From contig OZ241986.1 of the NCBI GenBank assembly GCA_965204375.1, forward strand, positions 2,624,001 to 2,688,000: a DNA stretch of 64,000 nt, read 5' to 3'. Of this stretch, positions 49,070-58,952 are shown in pieces. The DNA is from Candidatus Latescibacterota bacterium. Its GTDB lineage: Bacteria > Latescibacterota > UBA2968. A program made the translations under genes and the position numbers. Position 1 is the stretch's first letter. Every line of letters begins with the position of its first letter. Below the pieces are notes generated by a model. That model was not told where the DNA came from and did not search any database. It worked only from the letters and a program-made list of their open reading frames with translations.

Positions 49070-50431
49070 ATGGTCTCATTCGACGCTGGAACCCGAGTGC
49101 ATTTTATCGGCATTGGCGGCATAAGCATGAGCGCGCTGGCCGAGTTGCTCGCCGCACATGGATGCCTCATTTCGGGTTCTGACCGGCAGGATTCACCGCT
49201 CATCCGGCGTTTGGTCCAACTCGGTATTCCCGTGCGAATTGGTCATGCGCGCGATGCCATTGCTGGAGCCGACTGCGTCGTTTACACATCGGCGACGGAT
49301 TCTGAGAATCCCGAAAGAAAAGCCGCGCGTGAAAAAGGCATTCCCCTATTGCGCCGCGCTGAATTGCTCGGTCAACTTGTGAATCCACATCCCGCGATAT
49401 GCGTGGCGGGTACACACGGCAAGACCACCACAACGGCAATGATCACGACCATGCTCATCGCCGCTGGCCATGACCCAACGGCTCTTGTAGGGGGTGTGAT
49501 TTCCGGCTGGGAAACCGCGTTGCACATTGGCAATGGCGTGCATTGGGTAGTAGAAGCCGATGAATACGATCGCTCTTTTTTGACATTAAAACCCAAAATT
49601 GCCGTGGTGACGGCGCTGGAAGCCGATCACCTCGACTGCTACGAAGATATGAACGACATTCGCGCGACTTTTGAACAATTTGTCAATGCCCTGCCAAACG
49701 ATGGCTGCGCTGTGTTGTATGCCGACTCTCCCGAGATACGCATGCTCAACCTCGATAGGCGATACAAAAAAATGACCTTCGGTTTGACAGATGGCGACCT
49801 TCGCGCAACAAGCATTGAACAAGACGGTTTTGGGATGGCTTTTGACGTGTTTGAAAAGAATACGCGGTTGGGGCGTACGCGCCTTCAAGTGCCAGGCAAA
49901 CACAATGTGACTAATGCTCTATCAGCACTTGGAGTTGGCGTGTATGTCGGCCTCAATTGGGCAGAAATCTGTGGTGGTATCGAAGCATTTCGAGGTGTTC
50001 ATCGCCGGTTTGAAATGCTCGGCGAAGCGCGGGGGATCACGGTGGTTGATGATTACGCCCATCACCCCACAGAAATTGCTGCCACACTTCAGGCTGTGCG
50101 GGCGGGATGGTGTGGCCGCCTTGTAGTCGCTTTTCAACCGCATTTGTACACCCGGACGCGCGATTTTGCACCCGATTTTGCCCGAGTGTTACAACGGGCC
50201 GATCGCGTGTGGATCACCGATATTTATCCCGCGCGGGAAGAACCCATTGCGGGCGTTGACGGGAAGTGGCTTGCCGATCAGATTTCCGGCGCAAATTACG
50301 CACCTGCACTAAATGATTTAAAAGCGGCATTATTAAACGACTTGCGTGCTGGAGATCTGCTACTGGTTATGGGTGCTGGAGATATTGAAACAGTTGCCCG
50401 CGATATTTACCAAATGCTTAGAGAAATATAA
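49070..50431 (+). CDS. murC: UDP-MurNAc:L-alanine ligase
   Basis: HFIGIGGISMS, AGTHGKTTT, EADEYD, DDYAHHPTE, FQPH. Confidence 0.96.
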   Translation: MVSFDAGTRVHFIGIGGISMSALAELLAAHGCLISGSDRQDSPLIRRLVQLGIPVRIGHARDAIAGADCVVYTSATDSENPERKAAREKGIPLLRRAELLGQLVNPHPAICVAGTHGKTTTTAMITTMLIAAGHDPTALVGGVISGWETALHIGNGVHWVVEADEYDRSFLTLKPKIAVVTALEADHLDCYEDMNDIRATFEQFVNALPNDGCAVLYADSPEIRMLNLDRRYKKMTFGLTDGDLRATSIEQDGFGMAFDVFEKNTRLGRTRLQVPGKHNVTNALSALGVGVYVGLNWAEICGGIEAFRGVHRRFEMLGEARGITVVDDYAHHPTEIAATLQAVRAGWCGRLVVAFQPHLYTRTRDFAPDFARVLQRADRVWITDIYPAREEPIAGVDGKWLADQISGANYAPALNDLKAALLNDLRAGDLLLVMGAGDIETVARDIYQMLREI

Positions 50432-50435
50432 GGCA

Positions 50436-51353
50436 ATGTACGATGCACGACGCAATTTGCTCGCGAGAGAGATTCAACGCCAATGCCGGGGAAAGCTCAA
50501 GCGTGATGAATCCCTCGCCAAACACACGACATTTGGGTTGGGTGGTACAGCAGACCTCTTTTTTTCACCAGCCGATCTCAGCGATTTGACCATTGCTGTA
50601 CCCCTGATCAAAGATGCCGGACTCCCGATTTTTCCGCTGGGCGGGGGAACGAATACTCTCGTGCGCGATAGCGGATTTCACGGGTTGGTCATTTCACTTA
50701 CAACGGGCGCACGACGCATTGAGATTGGGGATGATGAGGGCGTCATACAGGCCGGTGCAAGCACGCAGGTGGTATCTCGTCAATGCCAGCGGGCAGGCAA
50801 AACAGGATTGGAATTTGGGTGTGGAATTCCCGGCACCATCGGCGGCGCAATATGGGGCAATGCCGGTGCTTGGGGCGGTGAAACGATGGATCAGGTGAAC
50901 TGGTTGCGCGGTGTTGATCTCAGAACGAGTCGGGAAATTTACCTCGAGCAATCCGACATTTCTTTTGGATATCGACACACAGACTTGCCTGCTGATCTGC
51001 TCATTGTCGAAGCCGGGTTCCGACTTGCAGAAGGCGATCCCAAAACCATTGCCGCCGAGATGAATCGCATGTTGGCAGAGCGCAAGAGCACGCAACCGCT
51101 GTCAAACCGCAGTTCAGGGTGCATTTTTAAGAATCCACCAGGTCATTCTGCGGGAGCACTCATCGATAGTGCCGGATGTAAAGGGATGTCGATAGGTGCA
51201 GTGAAAGTTTCGGATGTACACGCCAATTTTATGGTCAACCTCGGTGGGCATTCCACCGAAGATGTACTCGCGCTGATCGCGCGGGTTCAAAAGCGCGTTT
51301 TTCAGGTTCACAAAATCGAATTGGAGACAGAAGTAAGGATATTGGGTGAATAA
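50436..51353 (+). CDS. murB: UDP-N-acetylenolpyruvoylglucosamine reductase
   Basis: HTTFGLGG, GIPGTIGGA…NAGA, SGCIFKNP, HANF, LETEV. Confidence 0.95.
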   Translation: MYDARRNLLAREIQRQCRGKLKRDESLAKHTTFGLGGTADLFFSPADLSDLTIAVPLIKDAGLPIFPLGGGTNTLVRDSGFHGLVISLTTGARRIEIGDDEGVIQAGASTQVVSRQCQRAGKTGLEFGCGIPGTIGGAIWGNAGAWGGETMDQVNWLRGVDLRTSREIYLEQSDISFGYRHTDLPADLLIVEAGFRLAEGDPKTIAAEMNRMLAERKSTQPLSNRSSGCIFKNPPGHSAGALIDSAGCKGMSIGAVKVSDVHANFMVNLGGHSTEDVLALIARVQKRVFQVHKIELETEVRILGE

Positions 51354-51376
51354 TGATCTTTTCTCAGGAGGGTTTT

Positions 51377-52192
51377 ATGTCTGAGTATAAACCAATCTAT
51401 ATATCTCACAGGTCTAAAAATATAGAGGACGCGATGAATACGACTCTGTACACAACGCCTGCACCGCAGAAACGTCCGCGAAAATTCGCGCGTTGGGTAA
51501 TTGTTATGACACTGATGAGCCTGCTGGGTGTGGGCATCCAAAATGCCTATTCATCGCTGACAGATTCAGATTTCTTTCTCATGACACATATTCGGGTCCT
51601 CGGCAACTCTCTGATGTCTGAAACTGAAGTCGTGGCTCTTTCGCAATTGCAGGTAGGTACAAATCTTTTTGCCTGTGATATAACATCTGTAACAGAACGT
51701 GTGGCACAACACCCGATGGTCAAAAAAGTGTTGCTACACAGAGAACCACCGGAAACACTGGTCATTAGCATTGAGGAACGCCAGCCTGTTGGACTGTTGA
51801 ACACGCCCAATGGTTTGATGGGGCTGGATGAGTCTGGCAAAATTTTCCTCCTGTCCCCTGCGGCGCAGGTGGATTTGCCCATTCTAACGGGTATTGATTT
51901 GCAACGAGATAAGGATGGCTCCTGGGCAAGTGCGCTGGCGAAATTTGTGACGGTATTGCAAATCCGCACACCGGCGTTCTGGCGTGAAATTTCAGAAATT
52001 TGCACGGATAATCCCCATTCTGCTACGGTTTATCTGGTGGCTGATGATCTGGCCCTCAGAATGCGTTTAGAAAACCCCGAAAAGCAGATTCGGAATTTCC
52101 GGGCCTACACCCAGGCCTCATCTAGACTTGGCACAGACCTCGCGTATATTGACCTGCGCTATCGGGATCAAGTAATCGTGGGAAGGCGGTAG
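51377..52192 (+). CDS. ftsQ: Cell division protein FtsQ
   Basis: TM plus POTRA (…PETLVISIEERQP), C-term YIDLRY; start codon uncertain (51353/51377/51434). Confidence 0.88.
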   Translation: MSEYKPIYISHRSKNIEDAMNTTLYTTPAPQKRPRKFARWVIVMTLMSLLGVGIQNAYSSLTDSDFFLMTHIRVLGNSLMSETEVVALSQLQVGTNLFACDITSVTERVAQHPMVKKVLLHREPPETLVISIEERQPVGLLNTPNGLMGLDESGKIFLLSPAAQVDLPILTGIDLQRDKDGSWASALAKFVTVLQIRTPAFWREISEICTDNPHSATVYLVADDLALRMRLENPEKQIRNFRAYTQASSRLGTDLAYIDLRYRDQVIVGRR

Positions 52193-52220
52193 TAGTTCAT
52201 TAGTGAAAGGGACCCACACG

Positions 52221-53441
52221 ATGGATCGGATTGTTGGACTCGATATTGGCTCCACCAAGATCTGTGTTGTTGTAGCTGAAGTGGACGACGATGGCACGCT
52301 CAAAATCACGGGATTGGGCAGCAGTCCCTCCCAGGGCCTCAAGCGCGGTGTGGTGATCAATGTGGAAAAGACCGTGCAATCTATCCGTGTAGCTATAGAA
52401 GAAGCGCAGGAAATGTCGGGCACGCGTATCGGTGCTGTTTATGCGGGCATTGCTGGAGATCATATTCGCAGCGTGAATACGCGAGCGGTTGTGGCCGTTT
52501 CGGGACCGGACAATGAGATTACAGCTAATGATGAAGAACGTGCGATTGAAGCAGCCAAAGCGGTATCTATTCCCATGGATCGAGAAATTGTTCATGTGCT
52601 GCCGCAGTCTTTTGTAGTTGACGATCAGCCCGGCATTAAAGACCCCATAGGCATGTCGGGTGTGAGACTCGAAGTCGATGTACATATTGTAACCGGCGCA
52701 GTAACTTCAGCGCAGAATATCTGCAAAAGTATCCGTCGTGCAGGTGTAGAGGTGGTGGATCTGGTGCTTGAACCCATTGCTTCGAGTTATGCGGTATTGA
52801 CACCTGACGAAGAGGAAATGGGCGTGGCACTGGTCGATGTAGGAGGTGGCACGACCGATCTGGCGGTGTTTTACGATGGTGCTATTCGCCATACAGCTGT
52901 TGTGGGATTGGGGGGGGCAAATGTGACAAACGATATGGCTATTGGTTTGCGCACGCCCTGGAAACAAGCCGAATCCATGAAACGAGAAAGCGGCTGTGCA
53001 TTGCAATCGCTGGTCAAGCCCAACGATATGATCGAAGTGCCGGGTGTTGCCGGAAGACCTTCTCGCAAGGTGTCCCGGACAAAAATGGCCGCGATTATTG
53101 AGGCGCGTATGGAAGAAATTTTTGGACATATAAATCAGGAGATTCGCCGCACCGACTATGCCGACTTACTGGGGGCGGGCATCGTGCTCACAGGTGGGGG
53201 TTCAATGCTCCAGGGTTGTGCTGAACTGGCCAAAGAAATTTTTGACTCACCCGTGACTATTGGCAAACCCCGAGGGATAACGGGACGAGCCAATACCGTG
53301 AGTGAACCGCTCTATGCCACCGCTGTTGGGCTGGTGCAATTTGGGCTATTTCACCAAAATGGCAATTTTATATCCGATGACGGCGTTTTTCACAATTCAA
53401 TTTTTGGTCGTATGAAAAACTGGGTTCAGAATTTTTTTTAA
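52221..53441 (+). CDS. ftsA: Cell division protein FtsA
   Basis: GLDIGSTKI, DVGGGTTD, VLTGGG, YATAVGL, C-terminal amphipathic helix. Confidence 0.97.
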   Translation: MDRIVGLDIGSTKICVVVAEVDDDGTLKITGLGSSPSQGLKRGVVINVEKTVQSIRVAIEEAQEMSGTRIGAVYAGIAGDHIRSVNTRAVVAVSGPDNEITANDEERAIEAAKAVSIPMDREIVHVLPQSFVVDDQPGIKDPIGMSGVRLEVDVHIVTGAVTSAQNICKSIRRAGVEVVDLVLEPIASSYAVLTPDEEEMGVALVDVGGGTTDLAVFYDGAIRHTAVVGLGGANVTNDMAIGLRTPWKQAESMKRESGCALQSLVKPNDMIEVPGVAGRPSRKVSRTKMAAIIEARMEEIFGHINQEIRRTDYADLLGAGIVLTGGGSMLQGCAELAKEIFDSPVTIGKPRGITGRANTVSEPLYATAVGLVQFGLFHQNGNFISDDGVFHNSIFGRMKNWVQNFF

Positions 53442-53516
53442 AAGCTTCATCTTTAACGTTGTGTTCTAATCGTCGATAGTCAATCGATTTCTACGGTGTT
53501 TTAACAGGGGGTTCTC

Positions 53517-54740
53517 ATGGTAACTTTTTCAATTGTCGACGCAGATAGCCAGGCCAAAATCCGGGTCGTAGGCGTTGGGGGATCAGGTGGTAATGCGATC
53601 AATCGCATGATTGAGTCGGGATTGCAGGGCGTTGAGTTTATCGCCATCAACACCGACGAACAAGATCTCGAACTTTCACAGGCGCCTAATTGCATTCAAA
53701 TTGGGCGCAATATCACAAAAGGGTTGGGCGCGGGTGCCAATCCCGAAATTGGCGCAGAGGCCATTGAAGAAAATCGCGACGAGGTCGCCGAAGCATTGGC
53801 CGAATCCGATATGGTTTTTGTGACCGCTGGCATGGGAGGCGGCACGGGCACGGGTGCAGCGCCCACCGTCGCCGAAATTGCTCGCGATGCAGGCGCGCTC
53901 ACTGTGGGCATTGTGAGTCTGCCATTCAGAATGGAAGGCATGCCGCGCATGCGCAATGCGCAAGCGGGTATTGATTCCTTGAAAAGAGCTTCGGATACGG
54001 TGATTATTATACCCAATCAGCGGCTTTTGGAAATCAGTTCAGAAGATACAACGCTGACAGAGGCATTTATCATCGCCGATGATATTTTGTTGCAGGCCAC
54101 GCGGGGTATTTCCGATTTGATCACCATACCCGGCGAAGTGAATCTCGACTTTAATGACGTGCGTACGGTGATGCAAGCTGGCGGCGATGCGCTGATGGGT
54201 ACGGCCGAAGCTTCTGGCGAAAACCGGGCACTCACAGCAGCCGAAAAAGCATTGAACAGCCCATTGCTCGACAATGTATCTGTTGCAGGTGCTCAGGGGG
54301 TGCTGGTAAATATTTCAGCCAGCAGCGAACTGAAGCTGTTTGAAATGGATAAAGCTGTGAATCTCATTACTGATGCCGTGGGTCACGAAGCCAATATTAT
54401 ATGGGGCACAGTACTCGATGATAATCTCGGGGACGAATTGCGCGTCACAGTTATTGCCACGGGCTTTAATACCGGATCACCATCGAACACCAATGGGTCC
54501 GGTGCGAACTTTTCTTTCTCGAAATCCATACCCGACGAGCCTGCTGTCAGCACAGATATTCCCGCCTTTATACGCAAAATTGAATCTGAGAATACTGAGC
54601 TTGATACACAGGAAGAGTCCGAGGAAAAATTCGAGAAAAAATTCGAGAAAAAACCCGAAGAAAAACCCGAAGAAAAACCCAAAATCGACACCATATCCCT
54701 AAACGATCTACAATACCCTACATTTCTTCGCAGACAATAG
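53517..54740 (+). CDS. ftsZ: Cell division protein FtsZ
   Basis: GVGGSGGNA, GMGGGTGTG, NLDFNDV, C-term YPTFLRRQ. Confidence 0.98.
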   Translation: MVTFSIVDADSQAKIRVVGVGGSGGNAINRMIESGLQGVEFIAINTDEQDLELSQAPNCIQIGRNITKGLGAGANPEIGAEAIEENRDEVAEALAESDMVFVTAGMGGGTGTGAAPTVAEIARDAGALTVGIVSLPFRMEGMPRMRNAQAGIDSLKRASDTVIIIPNQRLLEISSEDTTLTEAFIIADDILLQATRGISDLITIPGEVNLDFNDVRTVMQAGGDALMGTAEASGENRALTAAEKALNSPLLDNVSVAGAQGVLVNISASSELKLFEMDKAVNLITDAVGHEANIIWGTVLDDNLGDELRVTVIATGFNTGSPSNTNGSGANFSFSKSIPDEPAVSTDIPAFIRKIESENTELDTQEESEEKFEKKFEKKPEEKPEEKPKIDTISLNDLQYPTFLRRQ

Positions 54741-54753
54741 GAAGGATAAAAAT

Positions 54754-54800
54754 AAGACGTGAGACGTAAGACGCAAGACGTAAGCTCCCCCTTGCGTCTC
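54754..54800. repeat. Heptamer tandem repeat (AAGACGT-like) with an inverted copy
   Basis: AAGACGT GAGACGT AAGACGC AAGACGT AAG…CTTGCGTCTC. Confidence 0.7.
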
Positions 54801-55679
54801 CCCCAACAACAGGCATATCTCTACGCAATTTCTGCCGTCTTTCTGTGGTCAACGGCGGCCACGGCATTTAAGCTGTCACTGCGCGTTTTAGATCCCATTC
54901 AACTTTTGTTCTACGCTGTACTTGCGTCGTCCATTGTTCTGGGCCTGATTATAGTGGTTCAGGGCAAATGGTCAGCGGTTTTTTTGTGTACGCGACGGCA
55001 GTATTTGCAATCCCTCGGATTGGGGTTGCTCAATCCATGTGCTTACTATCTGGTGTTGCTGCGCGCTTACGACCTGCTGCCTGCGCAGGAAGCACAACCT
55101 CTGAACTACACCTGGGCAATAGCGCTGGCACTGTTGTCCATTCCCCTTTTAAAACAAAAACTGACCCTGTGGGATGTGATCGGCGGGACTGTGAGTTATG
55201 CGGGGGTATTTGTGATTTCTACTCGGGGCGATATAATGGGATTTCGATTTTCCAATCCCCTGGGAGTGGGACTGGCTCTTTTCAGCAGCTTTTTGTGGGC
55301 ACTGTACTGGATCTTCAACAAACGGGATACACGAGACCCGGTTGTGGGAATGTTTTTGAATTTTGTTTTTGCATTGCCTTTTGTGCTGACAATCTGCATC
55401 GTATTTTCAGATCTACGGATCAATATACAGGGATTAGGCGGCGCTATTTACGTCGGATTATTTGAAATGGGCATCACATTTGTTCTGTGGTTGTCAGCGA
55501 TGAAGCTTACTGATCACACGGCGCGAATCGGAAATTTGATCTTTTTATCCCCATTCTTATCACTCGTCTTTATCCACTTTTTGGTGGGAGAAGACATATT
55601 GCCCTCCACTTATATCGGGTTGACGTTGATCATCGCGGGCTTGATAGTGCAGCAAAAAAAGCCCGAGAGCGTTGTCTGA
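54759..55679 (+). CDS. DMT/EamA family transporter
   Basis: ~10 TM segments, two EamA halves; start uncertain because of the overlapping repeat. Confidence 0.88.
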   Translation: MRRKTQDVSSPLRLPQQQAYLYAISAVFLWSTAATAFKLSLRVLDPIQLLFYAVLASSIVLGLIIVVQGKWSAVFLCTRRQYLQSLGLGLLNPCAYYLVLLRAYDLLPAQEAQPLNYTWAIALALLSIPLLKQKLTLWDVIGGTVSYAGVFVISTRGDIMGFRFSNPLGVGLALFSSFLWALYWIFNKRDTRDPVVGMFLNFVFALPFVLTICIVFSDLRINIQGLGGAIYVGLFEMGITFVLWLSAMKLTDHTARIGNLIFLSPFLSLVFIHFLVGEDILPSTYIGLTLIIAGLIVQQKKPESVV

Positions 55680-55751
55680 ACCGCTTTACACACCACACAT
55701 TTGACATTAGTTTAATCCGACTCTACAACGACTGATGATCAAGGAGGGTTT

Positions 55752-57293
55752 ATGTCTGAACGTCCGAATATCCTGATTTTGCACAGTGACGAACACAGTT
55801 TTCGTTTTTTGTCGGCACGCAGCCGTGAGCGGGGTGGTGAACCCTGTCACACGCCCACATTGGACGGTTTGATCGCACAAGGCGTCAATTTTGACGCGGC
55901 CTATTGTCAGATGCCTCTGTGTACACCAAGCCGTATATCAATGCTGACAGGGCGACACGCCCATCGGTGTGGCGCGTGGACCAATGGGTCGATTTTAGAT
56001 CCCGATTTGCCAACTTTTGGCAGTCATTTTCAAGCCAATGGATATAAAACAGCGGTCGTGGGCAAAACCCATTTGGGTGGATCTTTGCAACACGCCGGAT
56101 TTGGCGCTCGGCCCTATGGCGACTTCGGTGGTCCCTGTTCCCATCAGCCCGACCCATTAAACAAAACAGGAGATGGTTTGCGGACGCGCACAGTTGATGC
56201 GGGAATCAGCGAGGTCCCCGAATCACTCTTACAAGAAAATATGATTGCGCGCGAATCGCTTGCGTGGCTGCGCGAACATCGCCATGCCAATCCCGACAAG
56301 CCGTGGCTGGTCTATACATCATTTAGCCGCCCGCACTTCCCACTAACCGCGCCGAAGCGATTTTTTGACCGCTATTACCCCGAAGGGGTGACACCACCCT
56401 GGGTGCGCCGCACCGGCGATAGTGCCGACCATCCGATGACTGTGGGCGCGATCAGGGGATTTCGGACCGAAGAGATTGCCGAAGATGAAATGATGAAAGC
56501 ACGCGCAGCTTATTTTGCAGCGGTCGATTTTCTGGACGAAATTTTGGGCGATTTTCTAACTTTACTCGACCGCGATGGATTTTTGGATAACACAGTCATT
56601 GTATATACGTCCGATCACGGAGAACTGGTGGGCGAACACGGGATATGGTGGAAAAATACATGGCACGAAGCCGCCGCTCACGTGCCTTTTATCTTTTCGC
56701 TCCCCGAACACCGCAACGGGAGCCTGAACGCGCGAGAAATACGCACACCCGTAAGCCTCGCCGATCTCTTCCCCACACTTTGCGGATTGGCGGATCTAAA
56801 TTGTCCAGATGGATTGGATGGGGTGGATTTGACGGATGTACTAAAAGGAGAAACGAGTCCCGCGCTCGATAACCGCACAGGCGTGATTACCGAATCACCA
56901 AATCCGCGCTGGGGCAAAGGCACAGAGTTTCGGATGATTCGCTCCAAAAAGTATAAGTATATCGCATTTCGAGATTGTGAAGACCTCGCCTTCGATATGG
57001 AAACCGATCCCGACGAGCAACGCAATTTGCTAAAACATGATCCCGACAATGCCGACTTAAAAGCATTGCGAGAAGCGGTACTGGATGGATTTGACTTTGC
57101 CAAAGTAGAAGCCCTGCGCGAAAAGCAAACCGCTGAATTGCGCGCCAAATATCCAGCGCGAGTAAAAATGCAAACCCCCAATCAAATTCTGCGGGGCGAC
57201 GGCAAATTGGTCGAAGTCGATACACCTCTGTACGCGTCCAAAGTAATCAGCGATGATCTCTCACGAGACTTTGACGATTATCCCGGTCAGTAA
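55752..57293 (+). CDS. Sulfatase (choline-sulfatase-like)
   Basis: PNILILHSDEH, CTPSR, GKTH, PHFP, TSDHGE. Confidence 0.92.
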   Translation: MSERPNILILHSDEHSFRFLSARSRERGGEPCHTPTLDGLIAQGVNFDAAYCQMPLCTPSRISMLTGRHAHRCGAWTNGSILDPDLPTFGSHFQANGYKTAVVGKTHLGGSLQHAGFGARPYGDFGGPCSHQPDPLNKTGDGLRTRTVDAGISEVPESLLQENMIARESLAWLREHRHANPDKPWLVYTSFSRPHFPLTAPKRFFDRYYPEGVTPPWVRRTGDSADHPMTVGAIRGFRTEEIAEDEMMKARAAYFAAVDFLDEILGDFLTLLDRDGFLDNTVIVYTSDHGELVGEHGIWWKNTWHEAAAHVPFIFSLPEHRNGSLNAREIRTPVSLADLFPTLCGLADLNCPDGLDGVDLTDVLKGETSPALDNRTGVITESPNPRWGKGTEFRMIRSKKYKYIAFRDCEDLAFDMETDPDEQRNLLKHDPDNADLKALREAVLDGFDFAKVEALREKQTAELRAKYPARVKMQTPNQILRGDGKLVEVDTPLYASKVISDDLSRDFDDYPGQ

Positions 57294-57393
57294 AAGCCGC
57301 TGTGAAATTGAGTGCGTTAGGATTTTCCGTAAAAGAAATGATCGGCGGTATTACCTATTGGCAAGAAGAGGGATATCCAGTAGTATCAGGCGT

Positions 57394-58092
57394 TTAGGAC
57401 CTGATCTGAGCTTGTATAAGCAAGTGCTCGAAGATGCGATCGAAGATGGTATTGGGCATTTTTTCGGGATGAAATTGTACGCCAATAATGCGACCATCTC
57501 GCGTTTCGATACCTTCTATAACTCGATCTTCACTGCGAGCACTTATATTGAGTTCTCCCCCAACTGTCTCGAGTCCTTGCAGGTGAAAGCTATTGGTCGT
57601 ACATTCGATCTTGTCCAAAATGGTTGCGAGATGGGAGTTAGGCTCAAGCGAAACCGTGTGATAAACGGGATCTTCGGTGCGCCTGGGTGAATGAGGATCG
57701 ACATCGCATTGTATTTGAATATCGGCATAGATCGTGCCGCCAAATTGAGCATTGATAAATTGCATGCCATAGCAGATGCCCAAAACGGGCATCTGTTTTT
57801 TTTGTGCGTATTCAAAAGCGCGAATATCATTTTCATAGCGCGTAGAAGCAACCGGGGGCAGGTCTTTGGGCAACTTGCCAACCAAACCTTCGGTAATACC
57901 GGGACCGCCTGTGATAATCAGGCCGTTGAGCAGAGCGAACAGCGGTGCGAGGGTTTCTGGTTCCTCTGTCATAGGCAGAATGAGAGGACAACCACCCGCG
58001 CGTTCTACCGCAATCACATACTCGTGATCTAGCGATTGCTGTTTACTTTTGGAAAGAAAGCTGGTCGTGATACCGATTATCGGACGTGACAT
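57394..58092 (-). CDS. Peptidase C26 / gamma-glutamyl-GABA hydrolase family amidotransferase
   Basis: RPIIGIT, LGICYGMQ, NSFH, GVQFHPE. Confidence 0.9.
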   Translation of the reverse strand: MSRPIIGITTSFLSKSKQQSLDHEYVIAVERAGGCPLILPMTEEPETLAPLFALLNGLIITGGPGITEGLVGKLPKDLPPVASTRYENDIRAFEYAQKKQMPVLGICYGMQFINAQFGGTIYADIQIQCDVDPHSPRRTEDPVYHTVSLEPNSHLATILDKIECTTNSFHLQGLETVGGELNISARSEDRVIEGIETRDGRIIGVQFHPEKMPNTIFDRIFEHLLIQAQIRS

Positions 58093-58203
58093 TTTAAAAA
58101 TTGGGTAGAATTGGCAACGCTTTTTGCTTGATGAATGCACAAATATGTAACATCATGAAATGAAGAACAAGATTAAAATAAAGAACTTGAACAGGAGGCG
58201 GAA

Positions 58204-58944
58204 ATGGACGCGGGAGATAGAGCGGCTGTTGAAGCCGCATGGAAGAACGGCGTAGGCGTCTTGCACAACCTGCTCTTGCAAGATGAACTGGATGCAATCC
58301 GCCGTGAGTTAGAACAGGCGTACCTGGATCTGGATATGGGACCGGGAGAACCCGGCAGCCGGGACAGCCTGCGAAATGAACCGCTGTTAAATTACCCCGC
58401 TCTGGGCAGATTATTTTCCCATCCCCGCATTCTGGGGATCGTATCGGCGATCCTGGATGAGCCGTGCCCTTTTCTATTGCAAATGAAAACCAACCGATAC
58501 ACGCCAGAACACAAAGGCGTGGGACGGCACTCAGATGGCAGCCCGACGGAACTCGCCGCGCCCTTTCAGTGGGTGGCAACGATGATTTATCTGGACGATA
58601 TCGCCATCAACTCCGGGGCGTTGACCTACGTTCCAGGCACGCATCTGTATCACTTTGCCTCTGCGTGCGACCCGGGCCGAATACTCCCGACAAAGGAAGA
58701 TATCCAATCGGGCGACTACACTCCAATCGAACTGAAAGCGGGCAGCGTCGTTTTTCGCGTACCTGAGGTCTGGCATGGCGTAGTGCCCATCCATCGGTTG
58801 CGGCGATATATCACCGGTTTGTACACATCTCGAAAAAAGGGAAATGCGCCGATCAAAGAGCAGATACAGGGGGTCCGAAAAAGCCGCAAACAAATCCCCA
58901 AGACATCCATACCCGAACACGTCAGAGAATACTGGCAATATTGA
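58204..58944 (+). CDS. PhyH family dioxygenase
   Basis: RHSD (HxD), IYLDD, YVPGTH, VWHG. Confidence 0.82.
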   Translation: MDAGDRAAVEAAWKNGVGVLHNLLLQDELDAIRRELEQAYLDLDMGPGEPGSRDSLRNEPLLNYPALGRLFSHPRILGIVSAILDEPCPFLLQMKTNRYTPEHKGVGRHSDGSPTELAAPFQWVATMIYLDDIAINSGALTYVPGTHLYHFASACDPGRILPTKEDIQSGDYTPIELKAGSVVFRVPEVWHGVVPIHRLRRYITGLYTSRKKGNAPIKEQIQGVRKSRKQIPKTSIPEHVREYWQY

Positions 58945-58952
58945 TCAGTGGA

